Part shown: in pieces, positions 32,063-36,702 of the stretch | Position numbering within the stretch: position 1 is the stretch's first letter | Layout: each line of letters starts with the position of its first letter | IMG/VR virus record: IMGVR_UViG_3300045988_119983 | Direction: 5' to 3' (one strand) | Length of the DNA stretch: 36,702 nucleotides | Source: a virus | Translations under genes and position numbers: made by a program | Notes under the pieces: generated by a model | Told to the model about the DNA's origin: nothing | Seen by the model: only the letters and a program-made list of their open reading frames with translations | The model's database searches: none

Positions 32063-32236
32063 TCACTTCTCCTCAAGGTCGGCTGACTGCGTCTCAGGCA
32101 GACGCAGAGCGACGGGCACTGCGCCTGTGAACTTGATTCCGTCGAGGCCGACGACCTGAGCCGCTGACTGCGGGGCAACGCCCGCGCGGATCGCGGTACC
32201 GAGCGCGTCGAACTTTGTTTTCAGTTCAGACGGATC
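32063..32236 (-). CDS. Portal C-terminal extension in the -1 frame (57 codons, no start codon)
   Basis: DPSELKTKFDALGTAIRAGVAPQSAAQVVGLDGIKFTGAVPVALRLPETQSADLEEK*. High GC3. Fills an otherwise empty 155-bp gap and ends 2 nt before the next ATG. Confidence 0.6.
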   Translation of the reverse strand, partial: DPSELKTKFDALGTAIRAGVAPQSAAQVVGLDGIKFTGAVPVALRLPETQSADLEEK

Positions 32237-33624
32237 CCCCCCGTGACCGGAGGCTGCGCCTCATCGGTCGGCTGGGGGTTGTCCTGCAACGCGAACGCGA
32301 GAGCAAGCTGCTCTTCTGCGCGGCGCTGCTTGTCCTGTGCGATCTGTTCCGGCGAGTAGCCGAGAATGTTCCGCTGGATCGTCTCCAACGCCTCGCCCGC
32401 GTTGCGGGCCTGCACGGCTGCGGCGTACTTCTCCGTGAGGGAGACCGCGTGAGGCGGTACGAATAGCACCTCGACGGTTTCTGTCTCGTCAAGGTCGATG
32501 CCCTCGACCGCGAGCGCGCGAACCATGAGGTAGGCCAGTGCCGGCTTGAATCGCTCGATCCGGTCCTCAGCCTTGGACAAGAGTGCCTTCTGCGGCTGCT
32601 CGGCGCCCGAGGCTGACTGGTTCGCCGAGTCGGGCAGCATGATCGACAGCGGGGTCGAGGTCTCAACCGCGAGCTCGCGCCAGTCGTCCTTCGTGGCGTT
32701 GAGAATCTCGGTGATCTGAGTCTGCGAGGACTCCCAGATTTCGACTCCGGGAGGCAGCTCCCAGAGGGCGGCGGGCGACGGCTCGAACACCTTCTGGTAG
32801 TCGATCTCGTTCCCGGCCTCGTCCTCAGCTGGCAGGCCCGCCGACCCTTCGGCGCTCTTGAGCGCACGCTGGCGGAAAGCCTGCATCGAGATAATGACGA
32901 GACGCTGCAGCGTCTGCCAGTTGATGCGGTCGATCAGGTCGAGGACGTTCTCGAACTCACCCTCACCGAACCTGTTCTCCAGAACGACGACGGGCGGTGC
33001 GCCCTCGAACGCTTGCTCGCCGGCCTCGTCCTGCCGCCAGCCGGACGAGACAGTCGAGATCAGGGCCTTCGAGTCGCTGTAGGCAGAGCGAGAGAACGCC
33101 GTGCGCTTCCCCGGGGTCCACATCACCAGATGATCGATGCCCGCCGCGGAGTCGCGCCAGACCTTCACAGCCGCGAGCGCACGCCAGGGCCGGACCGGAT
33201 CCGGCTCCACGTACATGTGCTCAGGCCGTTCGTAGGTCACGCAGGCGTGCCCGTCCTCGTCTTGTGTGACGAGGAGGTAGCCGCGTCCGAGTGTCGCGGC
33301 GTCCCAGATCGCGTCGGAGAAAGCGACCTTGAGGCGGTTGTCTCGCCAGATCCTGGCTGCTGCCAGCGCTGCCGGCGTCTTGTCGCTCGCTCCGACGGTC
33401 ACGCCGTTCGGGATGAGGCGGTCAACGAGCGCGGCGACGACGAGCTTTCCGGGGCTCGTGCGCGCGCGTCGCTGGAACTTGATCCAGGCTTTCGCCAGGT
33501 TCGGCCCCATCTCCGGTAGGGGACTGGTGCCGTTGGTGTAGGAGCGCAGCAGGTCTGTCCTGGTGCGCTCCTTGTCCATCTTTGCGGTGAGGTAGGAGAG
33601 CCACTCCTCGGGGGTCTTGGTCAT
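32221..33624 (-). CDS. Portal protein (annotated frame stops 4 codons after a G7 tract)
   Basis: 467 aa, downstream of terL. Confidence 0.85.
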   Translation of the reverse strand: MTKTPEEWLSYLTAKMDKERTRTDLLRSYTNGTSPLPEMGPNLAKAWIKFQRRARTSPGKLVVAALVDRLIPNGVTVGASDKTPAALAAARIWRDNRLKVAFSDAIWDAATLGRGYLLVTQDEDGHACVTYERPEHMYVEPDPVRPWRALAAVKVWRDSAAGIDHLVMWTPGKRTAFSRSAYSDSKALISTVSSGWRQDEAGEQAFEGAPPVVVLENRFGEGEFENVLDLIDRINWQTLQRLVIISMQAFRQRALKSAEGSAGLPAEDEAGNEIDYQKVFEPSPAALWELPPGVEIWESSQTQITEILNATKDDWRELAVETSTPLSIMLPDSANQSASGAEQPQKALLSKAEDRIERFKPALAYLMVRALAVEGIDLDETETVEVLFVPPHAVSLTEKYAAAVQARNAGEALETIQRNILGYSPEQIAQDKQRRAEEQLALAFALQDNPQPTDEAQPPVTGGIRLN

Positions 33625-33651
33625 GAGGTGGGGCCTCCTTCCCCAGCACTG

Positions 33652-35322
33652 TTAGTAGAGTCGTCGCGGAGCGCGGCGTGCCGTCGGCCTGGCCGCGCCC
33701 TTACCGACCGCGTCAAGGCCAGCCTTATAGGCGAACATCGCGCCCCAGGTCGCGTCGATCTTGGAGTAGTCCTGATCGTCGGCGGGCTTGACGAGCACGT
33801 ATCCGGCCTGCCTCGGGGACTTCCTCGCGTTGAGGAAATGCGCGGTCATCGTCGGATCGCCGTCGTAGGTGATGAGGCCCTGATGAATCGCGGAGAGCAG
33901 CTGAGCGAAGTTCTCGCACGTCTGAGAAACGTTGCGCTGCGGATAACGGATCGGCTCCGCAGCGCTGATCTTCGCCCGCAGGCGGCGCGAATACTTGGCC
34001 TCCCAGGTCTTGACATCCTGCGCCCACCCTGCCGACGGGTCGGCGTAGAAACCAACCACGTTGTAACGCTCGAAAGCGTCGCGCACGGTCTGCTCGATCT
34101 CCAGGCGCGGCGGTTGCCAGCCCTCACCCGCCGGGCCGTCCGGCTGCGTCCAGATCCCCACCTTGAACAGGTGCTTCTGGGTGATCGAGTAGCCGATGAG
34201 GACGGTCGCGTCGGCGATGCCGATCTTCCGCCCTTCCGATCCGTCGAAGCCGAGCGTGATCGGCTCTGTCGACGAGATCGTTTTGCCGTGGTCCTCGATC
34301 GCTCGAAGTTCCGGCATTGTGAGCCAGGCGTCGGACGCGGAGTTGATCTGGTTGAGGAAGTCGGCGCACATGTCCGCCGGATCGTTATCCGGGTGCCAGA
34401 ACGAATCTGCGATGCGTTCGAGGTCCACCCAGCCGGGCTCGCACTCTGGATCGTGGATCGCGCAGCCGCGCGGATCCCGAGCCGAGTCGCCGTAGGCGAT
34501 CCGCAAGCCCTCGATGAGAGATTCGCGGTCTGTGATGTCCGTGTCGAGTGGCGCCTGCCGGTGGTCGTAGTAGAGGCCTCGTGAGGCTTCCTTCTTGACC
34601 TTCCCGGCCTTCACCAGCTCATAGAACCTGGCCGTATTCTCTGCGACTGACCGCTCGCCGATCGTGAAAGCGTTCGGTGTCTCGATCGTCAAACCGCCGA
34701 GCTTGTCAGCGTTGGACCTTAGCGTCTTGGCGAGCTTCGGCCCGCCGTTGCCGGGTAGCCAAGTCTCCGTCTGGTCCATCACGGCCATTACGGCTTTGGC
34801 ACCCTTGACGGAGGTCGCCGAGGACGTGCGCTTCTCGATACGGCCACGCCGCAGGGCGACGAAGCTATCCATCGGGTCGATGCCGTACTCGTCCTCAGCT
34901 GGCGAGCCGCGAAGCATCTCCAGGAGCGGATCCCACGTGTTCGCAGTCTGATCGTCCGTCGTCGCCGTGACCTGCACGAGTGGCGTTCGCCGCGTCGACC
35001 ACGGCACACCGACCGGCTGACCCTCAGCATCCCACCCGTCGCACAGGACAGGCCCCATCGCTTCGGCGCAGCAGATCGCCGCGAGAAACGGGGACTTGCC
35101 CCAGCCACGAGGCCTGGACAGAACGGCACGCTGCTTGAGCCTGCGCCCTGTCTGCGGATCCAGCTCATACACATGAACGAGAAAGTCGAGCTGCTCCTGC
35201 GTCGGTACGAACGGGATCAGCTCGTCCTTGTCCGGCGTCAGCAGGAAAGCGGTCATCCAATCGGCGACGTCATAGCCGAGTGTGGGAAACTCGTCCTCTT
35301 CGTCGATCGGTATCCAGGGCAT
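33652..35322 (-). CDS. terL: Terminase large subunit
   Basis: 556 aa. SRPRGWGKSPFLAA Walker-A-like motif. Confidence 0.9.
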   Translation of the reverse strand: MPWIPIDEEDEFPTLGYDVADWMTAFLLTPDKDELIPFVPTQEQLDFLVHVYELDPQTGRRLKQRAVLSRPRGWGKSPFLAAICCAEAMGPVLCDGWDAEGQPVGVPWSTRRTPLVQVTATTDDQTANTWDPLLEMLRGSPAEDEYGIDPMDSFVALRRGRIEKRTSSATSVKGAKAVMAVMDQTETWLPGNGGPKLAKTLRSNADKLGGLTIETPNAFTIGERSVAENTARFYELVKAGKVKKEASRGLYYDHRQAPLDTDITDRESLIEGLRIAYGDSARDPRGCAIHDPECEPGWVDLERIADSFWHPDNDPADMCADFLNQINSASDAWLTMPELRAIEDHGKTISSTEPITLGFDGSEGRKIGIADATVLIGYSITQKHLFKVGIWTQPDGPAGEGWQPPRLEIEQTVRDAFERYNVVGFYADPSAGWAQDVKTWEAKYSRRLRAKISAAEPIRYPQRNVSQTCENFAQLLSAIHQGLITYDGDPTMTAHFLNARKSPRQAGYVLVKPADDQDYSKIDATWGAMFAYKAGLDAVGKGAARPTARRAPRRLY

Positions 35323-35816
35323 TACTGCACCGCCTTGAGGACTGTCTTTCGCCCCCTCGCACGAGACGAGACCGGCAAGGCCTCAGCGGATGGGCCGTCA
35401 TCTTCTAAGCCGTCCGCGACGGCGAACTGAATCCGCAGACGCGCACGGTCCTCGGGCGTCGCACCAAACTTGGCGACGCGCAGACGAAGCTCCGCCGCGA
35501 CCTTGAAGTCACCCTTCCAATACAGGGCATGCAGATAGGCCGTATCCATCAGGAAAGCCCAGTCGGTCTCGGTGTACTCAGCGGAGAGCGGCGACTCGCC
35601 CCACATCTTCCACCAGCGCTTCGTGATCGTCGGCCAATTGAAGCGCTTCTTCTTCGGCACGCCGAACTCATCGACGACGACCTGCTCGATAGTCGGAAGC
35701 GCCGGCTGCTCGACCGGCTGCGCAGTGATGATCCGGAGCACCTGCGGATCCTTATTCCGACGAGCGCGAGAGCCTTCCGGCTTCGGCGCAGGACCGCGAC
35801 CAGCCACACAGATCAC
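35322..35816 (-). CDS. terS: Terminase small subunit (start GTG 35816 or GTG 35807)
   Basis: (V)AGRGPAPKPEGSRARRNKDP N-terminus, typical of P27-type small terminases. Overlaps the terL start. Confidence 0.7.
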   Translation of the reverse strand: MICVAGRGPAPKPEGSRARRNKDPQVLRIITAQPVEQPALPTIEQVVVDEFGVPKKKRFNWPTITKRWWKMWGESPLSAEYTETDWAFLMDTAYLHALYWKGDFKVAAELRLRVAKFGATPEDRARLRIQFAVADGLEDDGPSAEALPVSSRARGRKTVLKAVQ

Positions 35817-35853
35817 CCCCAGCCATTCTGCGGAATATCAACGAAATAAGCGT

Positions 35854-35859
35854 TACAAT
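35854..35859 (+). promoter_or_regulatory. -10 box TACAAT, 7 nt before ATG 35867 (leaderless geometry)
   Basis: AT-rich 50-bp divergent spacer 35817-35866. Confidence 0.4.
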
Positions 35860-35866
35860 AGGACAC

Positions 35867-36418
35867 ATGAAAACGTGCGAACACTGCGGCCACCAGCTCA
35901 AAGCCTGGGCGCGAGCCGACGCGCGCTTTTGCAGCACTCGATGCCGAGTTGCTCATCACCGCTCGACCCGAACCGACGAAGCCGCCGGCCTCCCCGTCGA
36001 GCTGACCACCCGCGACCGCTGGGTCAACCACGTCAACAAACGGCCCATGTGCGCACGCACGGGCGCGTGGGCATCCGTCACCGACCCGACGACCTGGAGC
36101 ACGTATGAGGCCGCGAGCGCGACCGGCGCGCCCCTCGGCTTCGTCCTCGGCGACGGCGTCGGCTGTATCGACCTGGACGCCTGCCTCGACGAGAACGGCA
36201 TCCCGAACGAGACAACTCGCACGCTGCTCGCGTACTACGAGGGCTCCTACGTCGAGATCTCCCCCTCCGGACGCGGCTTGCACATCTGGGGCACCGCAGC
36301 TCCACGCCGCGGCTTCAAGCGCGAGTGGAAAGGCCAGCGAATCGAGTTTTACTCGACGGGCCGATACATCACGGTCACCGGCAATGTGTACCAGCATGGG
36401 GCGCTCCTGCCCCTCTGA
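35867..36418 (+). CDS. Mini primase-polymerase (AEP)-like protein with N-terminal zinc ribbon (183 aa)
   Basis: CEHCGHQL...FCSTRCR; GFVLGDGVGCIDLDAC (DxD); EISPSGRGLHIWG (sGxGxH); IEFYSTGRYITVTGN. Confidence 0.65.
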   Translation: MKTCEHCGHQLKAWARADARFCSTRCRVAHHRSTRTDEAAGLPVELTTRDRWVNHVNKRPMCARTGAWASVTDPTTWSTYEAASATGAPLGFVLGDGVGCIDLDACLDENGIPNETTRTLLAYYEGSYVEISPSGRGLHIWGTAAPRRGFKREWKGQRIEFYSTGRYITVTGNVYQHGALLPL

Positions 36419-36570
36419 CCACCCTCAGAGCACCCACCCTCCGATGCGGCGTTTCGCGCGGCACATCAACGAAAAGTGCCCCTCGCAAAATCCCCAGACC
36501 CGTACAAACTTAGATCGACAGCTCTTGACGGTGTTGCGCCGGGTGGGGGAGGGGGTCCCTGGTGGGTGGG

Positions 36571-36702
36571 TCAGTCGATGAGGCCGGGATGCTTGCGCTT
36601 TCGCGGCTGGTTTTTCTTCCGCTCAGCAGCGAGCGCCGCCGCAGCTTCCTGCTGCGTCTTACGTTTGTGATGCCAACGGCAAAGCCACTGGAGGTTCACC
36701 GC
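36571..36702 (-). CDS. HNH endonuclease, 3' part (stop TGA at 36571..36573)
   Basis: 44 codons ending ...AVNLQWLCRWHHKRKTQQEAAAALAAERKKNQPRKRKHPGLID*. The window end falls on a codon boundary and matches bases 1..55. Confidence 0.85.
   Translation of the reverse strand, partial: AVNLQWLCRWHHKRKTQQEAAAALAAERKKNQPRKRKHPGLID
36648..36702. repeat. 55-bp exact terminal direct repeat, copy 2
   Basis: Base-for-base identical to 1..55. Confidence 0.97.

Noticed and set aside
35837-36474. Direct repeat ATCAACGAAA at 35837-35846 and 36465-36474 flanking the prim-pol gene, possibly a target-site duplication of an inserted cassette.
   Set aside because: A single 10-mer match in a 36-kb sequence is within chance expectation, and no longer flanking similarity is visible. 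I noted it only because both copies are AT-rich islands.

Overview
The window is one complete, circularly closed genome of a GC-rich temperate siphovirus-type phage or prophage. The host is probably an actinobacterium, judging from an LAxTG sorting signal, leaderless promoters and base composition.

Circularity: bases 1-55 and 36648-36702 are identical, so the unique length is 36,647 bp. An HNH endonuclease gene reads in frame across that junction.

Layout:
- Late operon, minus strand, 35816 down to about 14023: terS, terL, portal, MuF-like protein, scaffold, major capsid, head-tail joining genes, major tail, G/GT chaperone, tape measure, four minor tail genes, endolysin, holin, then an unusual post-lysis module (Ig-like protein, nonapeptide-repeat fibre, GDPD phosphodiesterase).
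- Lysogeny and accessory block, plus strand, 10096-13969: CI-like repressor, PH-like protein, attP carrying a tRNA 3'-end mimic, tyrosine integrase, and two small acidic ORFs that each sit behind a copy of the same promoter-leader. Two HTH genes lie between those ORFs.
- Early operon, minus strand, 10017 down to 229 and across the junction: Cro-like regulator, small membrane proteins, a sortase-anchored surface protein, C5 DNA methyltransferase, DUF4326, RusA, SSB, two HNH proteins and a Zn-ribbon/HTH protein.

Odd points:
- A reverse-oriented mini primase-polymerase gene lies between the HNH gene and terS.
- Two genes, the methylase and the portal, are broken at poly-G tracts.
- One early ORF has an in-frame amber codon.
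- A repeat- and hairpin-laden segment lies inside the tail of the 342-aa HNH gene.

All functional calls come from my own reading of motifs and gene order. No database search was possible. Most long Arg/Pro/Ala-rich ORFs in the six-frame track are off-frame artefacts of high GC.
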